Shown here in pieces: positions 24,181 through 35,161 of a DNA stretch of 64,000 bases. The notes beneath the pieces were generated by a model. The model searched no databases. It was given only the letters and a program-made list of their open reading frames with translations, and was not told the origin of the DNA. Source of the stretch: Macrostomum lignano. Its lineage: Eukaryota. A program made the position numbers and the translations under genes. Each line of letters opens with the position of its first letter. Positions within the stretch are counted from its first letter, which is position 1. Location of the stretch: assembly GCA_002269645.1 (NCBI GenBank), contig NIVC01000307.1:372001-436000 (forward strand). Direction: 5' to 3'.

Positions 24181-25948
24181 GAGAAAGTTACCATCAGGTC
24201 CATTGTTTGTTGTCTTCCTGAACTGTTGGCAGAAGGAAACGATAATATGGGAAAAACCCATATAAAATTTTCGTTTCAAGTGTCCGTGTTTGTAAGTTCA
24301 GTGCCATGCAAGTGGTATCCCTGTCAACCGGGCAACACAATTTGAATTGACAGTGCATTTGTAAAGCCCGGCACAAAATATAACAACGCCAATAATGATC
24401 TAGAGATTTCGGCCAACACGTCAAAGGGTTTGATGATTAAACTTACCGATGAGCAAGTTCACATATGGGAACTGCACCTTACTTTGAGTTGTATTAGCGA
24501 CTTATGAGGAAAAAAGTATGAAAAATTGTGCACTGTATGTATTTAAAACAGGAAATGAAAGGGTCATAGCTATGAAGCCTAGGGCTCATTCCATATAAGA
24601 TGGACATATTTGGAAAATAGAAAAAAGTCAATATTTTTGCTTGCCATTGCCTAATTAGCCTATTTTTTTACCAAATGTTTATATTGTGCAATATATACAA
24701 TCTAAGAATAAAGGAATGGTAAAATGTTGGATTAGTATGTTATCAATTGGCAAAAAGTCATTTTTGTAAAAATTTGGACATTTTTCGAAGCAAAAGACAT
24801 CATTAAGATTTTGTACCTTTTAAAAACAAATAAAAAGCTTTTGAAGGTTGAAACAAACTATAGATAAAAGTATAGTACTTGCATCATCAGATAAAAGCAT
24901 TGGTGACCAAATAATCTATTATATTTTTAATGTATTAGTACCTCAAAGTTACTGAATTGACAGAAAAAAATATGTTACGACCATAATGTTACGACCATAA
25001 GGCTGCCTTTTCTTTTGTATCTTTGTTGCTTTTTGAGTTTATATATTCTAATAAAAGAGTATGATTTCTAAAGATGTTCTTAGTCAAATTTTAAAAATGT
25101 ATTGCAAAATATCAAAAATGAAAAATGTTATAAGACTTTTACCTTTTAGTTTCTATATGTCAAAAATCCTGTCGTTACGACCATAAGTGTCATTTAAGGT
25201 TTAATAGCATCTATACTAATGATGATATCTATATGAAACTCTATAAATATATTCTAGACAAAATAATCTTTCATTTAAAATATTGGTTTAGTATATTCTA
25301 TTCTTAGATTTCATTTTATAAGTAAAAATAACCTGTCATGTTACGACCATGCTTATATGGAATGAGCCCTAGCAAGATAGGTTCCTGAATAATTATACTG
25401 CTGTTCGGAATTTTTACAGAGTTGTGGATGTCATTGGTATACTCATTAGTTTCAAACAGTAGTCCAGCTGCAGAAGAACAATGGCATGCAATTGCAAAAA
25501 GCTACAGTGACATAGACTGATCAGTCAGCTAAAAAAGTTGTGTGCACCTTTTGGGAAGCTTCTGCAGACCAGGTGGCAGATTGGCGAGAAGGCAAAATTC
25601 TTCTGCTTAAGGGTGCAAGAACTAGCAGGTATGAGGAATTTTGCTCAACACTTCCAACGCATTTTCTGTCTACCAGCCTAAGGTACCTGAGACTGAGGGT
25701 TTGCGAACCTGGTTTGAGAGACAAACTCATGGCAAACTGTTGATTCCTACTGCAATAATGTCATCGCCACATCTTGGCTCACAAAGGCAACCAGAAGCAG
25801 CACAGATTACCATCTAGTTGCCTGCAAGGACAGCTGTAACAAAGATTGTTGTCCAAATCGAAAGCAAAGAGATGGGTTAAACTATGATTTCATTGTTTCC
25901 ATGCTAAATTATACTCTTAAACACCTTTATTCTCAAGAATATGATTAG
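24181..25948 (+). pseudogene. RPA70 (RPA1)-like OB-fold ssDNA-binding protein pseudogene, DBD-A/B/C remnants; probable intron 24516-25419
   Basis: KVTIRSIV...KPGTKYNNANNDLEI (DBD-A-like); VVDVIGIL...TDQSAKKVVCTFWEASADQ...ILLLKGARTS...VPETEGLRTWFE, like human VDIIG...DTSGKVVTATLWGEDAD...LAIKGARVS...IPEAYKLRGWFD; VACKDSCNK like QACPTQDCNKK; multiple stops and frameshifts. Confidence 0.78.
24582..25369. mobile_element. Non-autonomous TIR element (MITE), 788 bp, inside the RPA-like intron
   Basis: Perfect 18-bp TIR GGGCTCATTCCATATAAG (24582-24599 / 25352-25369); flanked by TA (or CTAG if the TIR is one base shorter); four internal GTTACGACCAT subrepeats. Confidence 0.88.
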
Positions 25949-27557
25949 ACGTAGGAAATAAAGTAGTGAATAGTTAATTCATTTCATTTAATTGTATCTT
26001 AAATTTGGCAGAAAATCTTCTTTGAGGAATAGTCCAACGAATGTTCAAGGTATCTTTGAGCTGAATACATTGCCAATGGCTCTGTCTGCAAATGTGCATA
26101 TTCATCAACGGAAATTAAAGTTGACTAACATCAATTTACCTCTGAAACTAATTTATTTTTTGCAATTTTGAACCAAATAAATAAGGGATTAATTTAAAAC
26201 TTATGGATGAAAAAAATACTAAAACCTAGGCCTAGTTACTTTGCGATTATTATAAAGGAGCTAAGTATATGTTTAATACTATATTGAAGAAGTTTATAGT
26301 GGGCTTATAGCAGGATTATTACAGAACTGCTTTGGGAAATTTTCCAATCTTTCACTAGACAGTTAGTCTATAGCTATATAGGGGCATAATCTTTACTCAG
26401 TATATGAAAACATACAATTTTTATAAACTGGCATAGGACTCATAATTTGTTCAACATTGGGGATAACCTGATGGGTAATAAATGATAGGCCTACTGGGAG
26501 TGTGGGTAATTTACATATTAATCCAGTCTAATGTCTAATGATTTGATTTTTAGCCAAGTAGTTTTTCATTTTTATGCTCTGCAAATAGGCTGGGTTGCTA
26601 GGCCTAGTCCTTACTAAAGCCTATTTAACAGAAATGCAAAACTCATATTTTCTATGCTATATGTTTATATATTAGGCTATATTAACATTAACAAATTACT
26701 ATCTATTAGGCCCTAGTATTACTGATTATATTTAGACAATAGACATCCATTAACTAACTTTTACAATCAGCTTACTAAGCCTACTAAGGGCTAAGGTCAG
26801 GCCTAGGTCCCTAATGTCAAATGAAATGAAATTTAAAGCCTCAATAAATTAAGATTAAGTAATGGTTTTTGTTATTAATGTAAGTTAAGAGTTTCATTAA
26901 TAGTATACATTGTCTAATAGTAATACTGACAAAAATTAAAAACTGAAATGTTAGAACTAGACTTATGGTAGGGCCTATGAGGACAAGCCTGCCAAGAGGA
27001 CAAGATATTTCTTATTCTTACTCTAAGATATTTCTTAATCTTATTCTAATATTTCTTATTAGAAGAGGACAAGCTGTGACAAGATATTTCAGTGACAAGC
27101 AAAACTAAAGTCATTTTAATGAAAAGAAAAATACCCTTTTAGTGATAGCCATTCTGTTTTTAAACAGAAAATTAAGCCCTACCTTGCAAATCTTAAGGGA
27201 TATTGAATCTAAAACTTGTCACCAAAATGACTAGGCCTAAGGCCTATTTGTCACTGAAATGTCTGTCACCAAAATGACTTGTCACCAAAACGACTGGTAC
27301 CTAATGCTAACAATGCTATTAGTATCATGTCATTGATAGGGCTACAATACAATAGTACAGATACATATTTAGCACCCAATAAAAACATTAGCTAAAGCTA
27401 GGTAGGGCAAGGGCCAGGCCAGGGGCTGTAACAGTGGCTGATGAGTGAAGACTGAAGAGTGAAGCAATTGGAAATTGTTTTCTTTTACAATCGATGATTT
27501 TTTTGTTGGCTGTAGGCCTAGTGCCTTCACGCTTCAGATGCTGATTAAAAATAGTTT

Positions 27558-28153
27558 CAACCCACTTCGGCGAAGGAATTTCCGGCAATAGTCAATAACG
27601 GCGAAATTGACTATTGCCTTTCGCAATGACCATTTTGTCTAAAGCTGACCATTTCGGCGAAAGATTTGTTCCAAGCTTCGCTGAAGATCTTTGTTGTTTA
27701 AGAAGAGAGTAAAAAGAAAAACGACGTACTTTATAAAGACTAATTTTATCGTGACACGTTTTTGTTTTGTCGCAGTTTAATTTAGTTGTTTTATTAGTCG
27801 TTCTGTTACGGTGGGATTTCAAAGTATGATTTTAGGAACTGGAAATTACTGAAAAAAACACACACCGTCACCATCCCAATCTATCGAATGCATATCGATA
27901 GATCGCATGTACTTAACATAGCTACGAGCTAAGTCATAAGTTTTTTAATTTTCTAACTGCATATAATTGCAGCAATGAACAATTTATTAAAAGCTTCAAC
28001 CTCCAGTGGTTTATTTCATTTGCAATTATATACCTAGCCGATTTTTTCGCCGAACTGGTCACTTTCTTTCGCCGCAATTTACATCCATTTAAATTAAAAA
28101 TTTACTTTCGCTAAAGCGTCTATCGTTGAAAATTCCTTCGCCGAAATGGGCTG
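27558..28153. mobile_element. MITE with long imperfect TIRs built of TTCGGCGAA subrepeats
   Basis: CCCACTTCGGCGAAGGAATTT (27561) is inverted at AAATTCCTTCGCCGAAATGGG (28130-28150); second pair GACCATTTCGGCGAAA / TTTCGCCGAACTGGTC; no TSD identified. Confidence 0.7.
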
Positions 28154-29719
28154 TCCTTAAAAAGGACATTATCATTCTCATCATTCCAGTCACGACCATT
28201 TTGGCAACATAATGTTGGTAAAATTCGGTAAAATCAAAATTTAATGTTTTTAAACTTTCTTAGTATTAAAAAAGTTAGTTAAAAGTGTTAAGGTAAACAG
28301 TTTAGCCATACTTACATAAAAATTGTTATTCTCTCTGTAATACATTGTGCAACTACGAGCCATTTTGATTTCTTTTACAAGAAACTAGACAACTGGATTG
28401 CCGAATTTTCACATGATATGATGGATACACAAATAGCAGTAAAATAGGCCTAATCCTTCAGTCACTCATAAAAGATAGTTCTATCTTAAAAACATTGGTT
28501 TATAATTATAATCTAATCTAATATTATCTAAATCTAAATATATTATGAAAAATATAATGGATATTTTTCTAGCCCCTAATCCTAATCTAATGGAACTTAT
28601 TGAAGTAATAATCTAATAATTTTAGATTGCTTTAAAGCGAATCTAACAAGTTATGATGCATTGATGCTGCAATTGTTGATTGGCTGCACTGCATACTGTA
28701 GGCCCCTCCCTACTCACTGTGACTGCATCTGCATTGTCACTGACTAGGCCTAGGCCTATTTAGACTTTGTCTTAATATAATATATGATATATGGTAGGCC
28801 TAGGCCTATCTAATAGGCCTATCTTAGTATAAATTTCTTAAGCCTATATTATATATTAATAGTCTTTGAAGAGCTAATAGGTCTATTCAAAAAAATGTAT
28901 GCTGTTGTAGGCCTAGGGGGCTAGTTTATTGGAATATCTGTCATGTTATAGTGGCCTAGTGCGTAGCCCTGCCCCTTGGTTCTAAAATACATTGATCTAA
29001 ATTTAGGATTTGAAATTTCTAAATTTGAAATATTTGTCTAATTTACCAGGAAACAATTATTTAACAAAAGAACTACTAAGAGAGAGTGGGAAAATTCTCT
29101 TTTAACAATTTTTTGTTATGCTAGAATGATGGAATGGAGCTACATAAGTACATAAAATTCAAGAACATAGGCCCTAGGCTAACTTTTTGTTATGCACCTT
29201 CTCAAACAAGAATCAAATTGTCAATTGTCAAGAATCAAATAAACCCTTTGGACTGCTATAAGGCCTATATTTGATAATCATGTTAGTAGGTTAGATTTTC
29301 CCTATAAACCCAAGTGTATTTATTAAAACCCTATGTACCAATCAGCACTGTGCCTCAGTGCAGCCTTGCCAAGCCTCCAAACTTTATCAGCACAGCAACC
29401 ATGTGTGTCTGTATTGACTATTAGCTCTACCTTTATACATGCGCAACCTTTCTGATTTACACTGGCCATGCGACTTACTTGTAAAAGAAACCTAACACAA
29501 TTTTGGATAAACGGCAGGAGTAACTATGGCTGTCTTATAACATCTAAATGCCTCATCATCTAATTAGTACTACATCTGTATTCTCTAGGCTGGGAATTTT
29601 TGCGACTTACCCCTGGTCCACTACAATTTATCGTGGCCAGATTGGCTAGGTCGGCCAGTGGTTGCGCATGTATGTCTACCTTTGTTGGTCATTGGCCTTT
29701 ATCTAGAAGGACCTTTTGG

Positions 29720-30290
29720 ACCATCAACAGGTGGCACAAGGTGACTATAGACACTTGATGCAAATTTCTCTAGTTTTGCTAATCAAGCCTTAACAGTAGG
29801 CAAACCTCAATTGCTAGGTATCCTCAGCTAGTCTCTTAAGCATTCTGTCATCTCCCCAACACTATACCTTCAAAAGATAATACCAAGTGACTATAGACAT
29901 CCTATTGCAAAAATATATTGGATTTTTCTTATCAAGCTTCAATAATAAACAAGACTCAACTGCCAAAAATCCTCAGCTAGTCTCTCAAGTATTCAATCAT
30001 TACCTAGACACCATTGGTACTTTCAACAGATGATACCAAGTTACTACAGATACCCTAATGTGTTTTTTCTATTTTTGCTAATCAAGCCTTGACAGTCACA
30101 TGGTGTTATCTGTTGAAGGAGCCTGCAATGTTGGGTGATAACAGAATGCTTAAGAGACTAGCAGAGGATATCTAGCAGTTAAGGCTGACCTACTATTGAG
30201 GCTTGATTAGCAAAACTAGAAAAATTTATATCAGGATATCTACAGTCACTTGGTGTCATCTATTGAAGGTGCCAATAGTGTCCAGCTCTA
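29720..30290. repeat. Foldback structure: about 2.5 tandem ~140-bp units followed by an inverted copy
   Basis: CTAGTTTTGCTAATCAAGCC...GCTAGTCTCTTAAGCATTCTG forward at 29770-29850 and reverse-complemented at 30144-30220. Confidence 0.8.
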
Positions 30291-30501
30291 GTGCAGCATA
30301 ATTTTGGTAATTCAACAGGTGGAAAAATAGATTAGTATTCCTATTGTTAATTGATATGCATCAATTATGTCTTGGAAAAATGTATCTAAAAGCATATTTT
30401 ATATGTTGCATAATATATATATATTCTAATTGTTGGAAAAAATGTTAAAAAAATTGTTATAAGTTTATTCAGTGTAAAACTTTTTCTTTACAGTGAGGTT
30501 A

Positions 30502-30670
30502 TCAATCCTAAACGTAGTTACCATCATGATCAATAACCCTCTCCCAGTGTGTGTGCTAAGAGTAAATATCCTGGCTATAGATCTTTGCATTGGCCCTAAA
30601 AAAGTTTGTCAAGTGCGTTTTAGGTTGTCTTCATTTTTAAACTCCTTGCTGGCCATAGAATGGTCAAAAG
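30502..30670 (-). mobile_element. Mariner transposase relic, C-terminal part (continuation of 31482-31880)
   Basis: FDHSMASKEFKNEDNLK...HWERVIDHDGNYV, matching the mariner C-terminal RWxKVIxxxGxY motif. Confidence 0.75.
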
Positions 30671-31481
30671 TAGGGGGCGACCCAGTCCCGGGCCCGGGCC
30701 CGAAAAGTCGGGAATCCTAACCAAAATCGTGGCCCGACCTAGGCCTGGGTTCAACCCTAAAAAAGTCAGGAAATCGGGACAAGTCTTTTTTCCCTAAAGG
30801 CACTAACCTCGTGCGAATAAGAATAAACTCAAGACTCAAGCACTGCACGACTACAGTAACAGTAATAGATGATATGATGTGAAGTAGCAATATCATTGAT
30901 TCGTAGTAGGCTCTTAAAGGAAAGCTATGTAAAGGAACTAAAAATTTAAATAAAAGAATCAATTGATTTGGTTCTTACTTCCTTACTGCTTCCAATGCCA
31001 AGTGCCTTACACTTAATGCTTCAGCTTTTCTTCTTTTTGCTTACTGCCACTGCCAGCCACACTGCTGCAGTGCCTGCTCCCTGCTTGCCTACCTCACTTG
31101 CCTGTTAGTGTCACTGTCACTGGCATACACACAGTACTTGTGCCACAGTGACATTGAATTTGAACTATTGAGTATATTGATATTTGAGTATTAAGTCTTA
31201 TAATGTAACTCTTATCTATTCTTAAGTCTTAACTAATGTATTAAATAATAATAATTTATTATATATTTATTATATATTTAATACTTATTATATATTTTAT
31301 ATTATATTTTATTTAATATATTTATATATTTATTATCTATTTAATAGTAATCTGCATATGCTGAAAGTATTAAGATTTATTATGATGATTTTTTTCCAAT
31401 TATTGAGCTGTCCTAAAGATCTTGTCCCGAATTCCCAAGGCCCGACCCGGGCCCGACTTTGGCCATCCTGGTCGCCCCCTA
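30671..31481. mobile_element. 811-bp non-autonomous TIR element with 3-bp TSD (AAG), TAG...CTA ends; Academ-like
   Basis: TIR TAGGGGGCGACC / GGTCGCCCCCTA; GGGCCCG subterminal repeats; AAG on both flanks, and removing element plus one AAG restores the mariner frame YLFAAFDHSM. Confidence 0.75.
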
Positions 31482-31880
31482 AAGCAGCAAACAGGTAATA
31501 TAATTGGTGAGTGCAAGATCTGGGCTATATGATGGGTAGGGAAGAATCTCCTGGTCCAGCTTGAGCAGCTTCTGATGGGTCAGCTGTACCTTGTGTGTAG
31601 GTGCATTGTCATGCAGCAAGATGACCTGGCAATGTTCAGGGTGCACCTTAGCTGGTTTCTGCTATAGGTACTCAAGCTGCTCATGGTAGAAAGTAGCATT
31701 AATGTTCTTGTTCTTTAGCAGCAGCTCCCACATTATGATTCCCTTTGTGTCCCAATAGACTAAAAGCATGACTTTTTAGGGTGCAGCTCAGCCATTGTGA
31801 GCTAGATTTTTCTGATTCGCTTTTGCTGTGTGCCCCTATGTGCTAAAAATTTTGCTTGGCTTTTGTTGTACACCATTCAT
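31482..31880 (-). mobile_element. Mariner transposase relic, catalytic region; CpG-depleted
   Basis: LHPKK/VMLLVYWDTKGII...LLHDNAPTH...LPYPSYSPDLALTNY; HDNA and YSPDLA motifs as in Mos1. Confidence 0.88.
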
Positions 31881-32254
31881 TGCTTTAAGAATTTGACCTT
31901 GGTTTTTTGGTTAAACAATCTTTAAAACATCTTATAAACCTTCGATTGAATTTAATGGATATATGAAATCCTACCTAATGTTTTTTAGGATGCCACAATC
32001 CTAAAATTGAAGTTAGAATGGGATATATTGATCCTAATCCTAAGATACCAGCAAAATGGAATCCCATCTCGATCCCAAACATTTTGATTTTGTCCAACCA
32101 TTTGAACTTTAAAAACCCTACTATTGCTATCTAAGATATGCGCCATAGATTGTTGACATAGATACAAAGTACAAAGATTTATTGCACTATCTGCACTTTT
32201 ACCCCAAGAGATAAGAGTCTACTCTGCCCCCCCCACACTTGCAGCAACAGCCAA

Positions 32255-32527
32255 ATGGCCTATCGACCTCAGCGAGTCCAGAAGACCCAGGTGCTGCCAA
32301 TCTCTCTCATATTTAGATTCCTACAAAGCCAAGCCCGAGTGCAGGTGTGGCTCTACGAACAGGTCAATGTTCGTATTGAAGGCAGAATTCTTGGCTTCGA
32401 TGAGTTCATGAACATAGTCATGGATGACGCCGAGGAGGTGCACCTAAAAAGTCGCGGACGAAAGCGTATTGGCAGAATCCTGCTCAAAGGTGACACAATT
32501 ACTCTCATTCAGGAGGCTTTGCAGTGA
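32255..32527 (+). CDS. SNRPE: Small nuclear ribonucleoprotein E (SmE), intronless, 90 aa, divergent
   Basis: [10 protein letters not shown]...[10 protein letters not shown]...[37 protein letters not shown]...[14 protein letters not shown]; Sm1 and Sm2 motifs; AATAAA downstream near 32648 and 32743. Confidence 0.95.
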   Translation: MAYRPQRVQKTQVLPISLIFRFLQSQARVQVWLYEQVNVRIEGRILGFDEFMNIVMDDAEEVHLKSRGRKRIGRILLKGDTITLIQEALQ

Positions 32528-32929
32528 AATCTCGTGCGTTTTTTGCTTCTGCATCTTAAAATTCTTTAATGACATGAAATACTACTACATTGTATGCCTA
32601 TTAGTAATATAAAATTCATGTTTTTGCTCTTAGTTTCTCAATTTACAATAAAAAGTTTCCTTTCCAATTGTTTTGTATTAATATTTTATTATTTATAATT
32701 TATAATCTAGTTAAAATTCTTGTCAACATTTTCCATCATGCTAATAAAACTTACGTGCGCATCCTTGCTACTTATTGTAATAGTCTGTTAGGCCGCTAAA
32801 AACTGCCTTTGTGTTTTTGATTGAATTTTAACGATTAAAAACCCTACTATTATAATTAAGCTGCTTAATACCCATTCTGGAAATAATTTCCCTGTTCTAA
32901 AGGCACCTGGCTTTCTCTTAACACGTGCT

Positions 32930-33283
32930 CTATTCATACAGACACCCGTTCTATTCCTACAGACACCTGTCCTATTCCTACAGACACCTATCCTATTCCT
33001 AAAGACACCTGTTCTATTCCTACAGACACCCGTTCTATTCCTACAGACACCTGTCCTATTCCTACAGACACCTATCCTATTCCTAAAGACACCTGTTCTA
33101 TTCCTACAGACACCTATCCTATTCCTAAAGACACCCGTTCTATTCCTACAGGCACCCGTTCTATTCCTACAGACACCTGTCCTTTTCCTACAGACACCTG
33201 TCCTATTCCTACAGACACTTGTCCTATTCTTACAGGGCACCTGTTCTATTCCTACAGACACCTGTCCTATTCCTACAGACACT
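32930..33283 (+). repeat. 21-bp minisatellite ACAGACACCTGTTCTATTCCT between SNRPE and GNPDA
   Basis: About 17 copies read directly; reverse complement of the GNPDA intron array. Confidence 0.95.
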
Positions 33284-33408
33284 TCCGAGCAATGCGCATA
33301 ACCGGCGAAAAATAGCAGAACCGGCTATTTTATTCCAAAGAAGCCAATCCGATTAAAGAAGAAACCCTTCTCACGCCAGGAAATGTTTATTGCAGCTTGG
33401 CCTGCAGA

Positions 33409-33900
33409 ATGCGCCTAGTAATTTGCGACACCGCTAATGACGTGGCGGAATGGGCTGCTGCCTACGTTAAGAAGCGGATATTGGACTTTGCACCCGGCCC
33501 TGACAGGTACTTTACTCTCGGCCTGCCGACTGGCAGCACACCGCTAGGCATGTACCGTCGGCTGATTCGGTATTACAAAGACGGCGAGCTAAGCTTTAAA
33601 TACGTGAAAACTTTCAACATGGACGAGTACGTTAATCTGCCACGCAGTCACGAAGAATCGTATCATTATTATATGTTTCATAATTTCTTCTCGCATATTG
33701 ACATCGATCCGAGCAATGCTCATTTGTTGGACGGCAATGCACCAGATTTAGATGCAGAATGTCAAGCATTCGAGCGCAGTATTAGAGAGGCTGGCGGTAT
33801 TCGACTGTTCATTGGCGGGATTGGGCCTGACGGCCATATCGCTTTTAATGAGCCGGGCAGTTCGTTGAATTCTCGGACTAGGGTGAAAACACTGGCTCAG
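33409..33900 (+). CDS. GNPDA: Glucosamine-6-phosphate isomerase/deaminase, exon 1
   Basis: MRLVI...FTLGLPTGSTPLGMY...YVKTFNMDEYV...ESYHYYM...FIGGIGPDGHIAFNEPGSSL..RTRVKTLAQ; donor CAG|GTGAGT at 33901. Confidence 0.96.
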
Positions 33901-33984
33901 GTGAGTGGCTTGTTACCGGCACAGCATGCAATGTCAGCTTTAAAGATTACTTGAGCTGTGACACTCTTTACCATCAGTTGCTGA

Positions 33985-34290
33985 CAGGTGTCTGTAATGT
34001 AAGACCAGAATTGGACAGGTGTCTGTAGGAATAGAACAGGTGTCTGTAGGAATAGGACAGGTGTCTGTAGGATTAAGACGTGTCTAAGAATAGGACAGGT
34101 GTCTAGGAATAGAACAGGTGTCTGTAGGATTAAGACAGGTGTCTATAAGAATAGGACAGGTGTCTGCAGGTATAGGATAGGTGTCTTTTGGAGTACAGCA
34201 TGTGTCTGTAGGAGTAGGACAGGTAACTGTAGGAATAGAACAGCCAGGTGTCTACAGGAATAGGACAGGTGGCTTTAAGAATAGGACAGG
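33985..34290 (-). repeat. Degenerate inverted copy of the 21-bp minisatellite (AGGAATAGAACAGGTGTCTGT) in GNPDA intron
   Basis: Direct reading. Confidence 0.9.
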
Positions 34291-34358
34291 TATTTGATAA
34301 TATAGAACTGATGGGTTATGCATCGTTTCTATATTGCTACATATCGGTCAATTTCCAG

Positions 34359-34670
34359 GAAACCATCGACGCCAATTCTCGTTTCTTTGGCAACGATAAA
34401 TCGTTAGTGCCAACTCAGGCTCTAACAGTTGGCGTTGCCACGGTGATGGACGCTGACACGGTGATGATCCTGGTGACGGGTATGGCTAAAGCGTTCGCTC
34501 TGCACAAGGCCATCGAGTGCGGCATCAATCACATGTGGACTGTGTCCGCCTTTCAAAATCATCCGCAAGCGTTTTTCATTGTGGACGACGATGCCACTGC
34601 GGAATTGAAAGTGAAAACTGTCAAGTACTTTCGCGGCCTGAATGCTGTGCATCATCAGTTGTTGGAGTGA
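34359..34670 (+). CDS. GNPDA: Glucosamine-6-phosphate isomerase/deaminase, exon 2 (protein about 267 aa)
   Basis: TTTCCAG acceptor, phase 0; ETIDANSRFF...VPTQALTVGVATVMDA...KAFALHKAIECGINHMWTVSAFQNHP...ELKVKTVKYF. Confidence 0.96.
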   Translation, partial: ETIDANSRFFGNDKSLVPTQALTVGVATVMDADTVMILVTGMAKAFALHKAIECGINHMWTVSAFQNHPQAFFIVDDDATAELKVKTVKYFRGLNAVHHQLLE

Positions 34671-35161
34671 CCTTTTTGTGACGCTGTGTTGTCTGACTGG
34701 TCTGATTAGTTCCACTCCGATTGTGCTGATTTCGAATTTGACTTTACCAGAATCAACCTTCAACCTTCAACCTTCAATCATTGATAGATATATAGAGATA
34801 TATTGATAAGTGGATAAAGTCGTTTCAAGTTTTTTTCAGTTTTTTAACACATCGTTTCACTACACTTCCCGATGATAAACATTGTTATTACGTCGTGTAT
34901 TTCAGTTTCAAATTTGTTCGAATGTATCCGTATCTGACAGTAACATTATACAATACGTACCGGACCAATTAAAATGTAATAATTGCCATGTATTATTCAC
35001 CGCATTCGTATTAAAGTATTGCATATTTATATTGATTTGATTGATTTGACCTACACTCGTACTTACCTTTTTATGTAATACATACTTATTGAAGTGACTA
35101 GAACTGTATAATGCCCAAGTACTGTCGTCAGCTCTCTCGAAAAGAATTTTAGCAGCCCACT

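Noticed and set aside
30671-31481. hAT classification based on TAGGG termini
   Set aside because: The 8-bp flanks (GTCAAAAG versus AAGCAGCA) do not match; a 3-bp TSD fits
33409-34670. GNPDA as a bacterial nagB horizontal transfer or contaminant
   Set aside because: It has a GT-AG intron and the animal-type C-terminal ELKVKTVKYF motif
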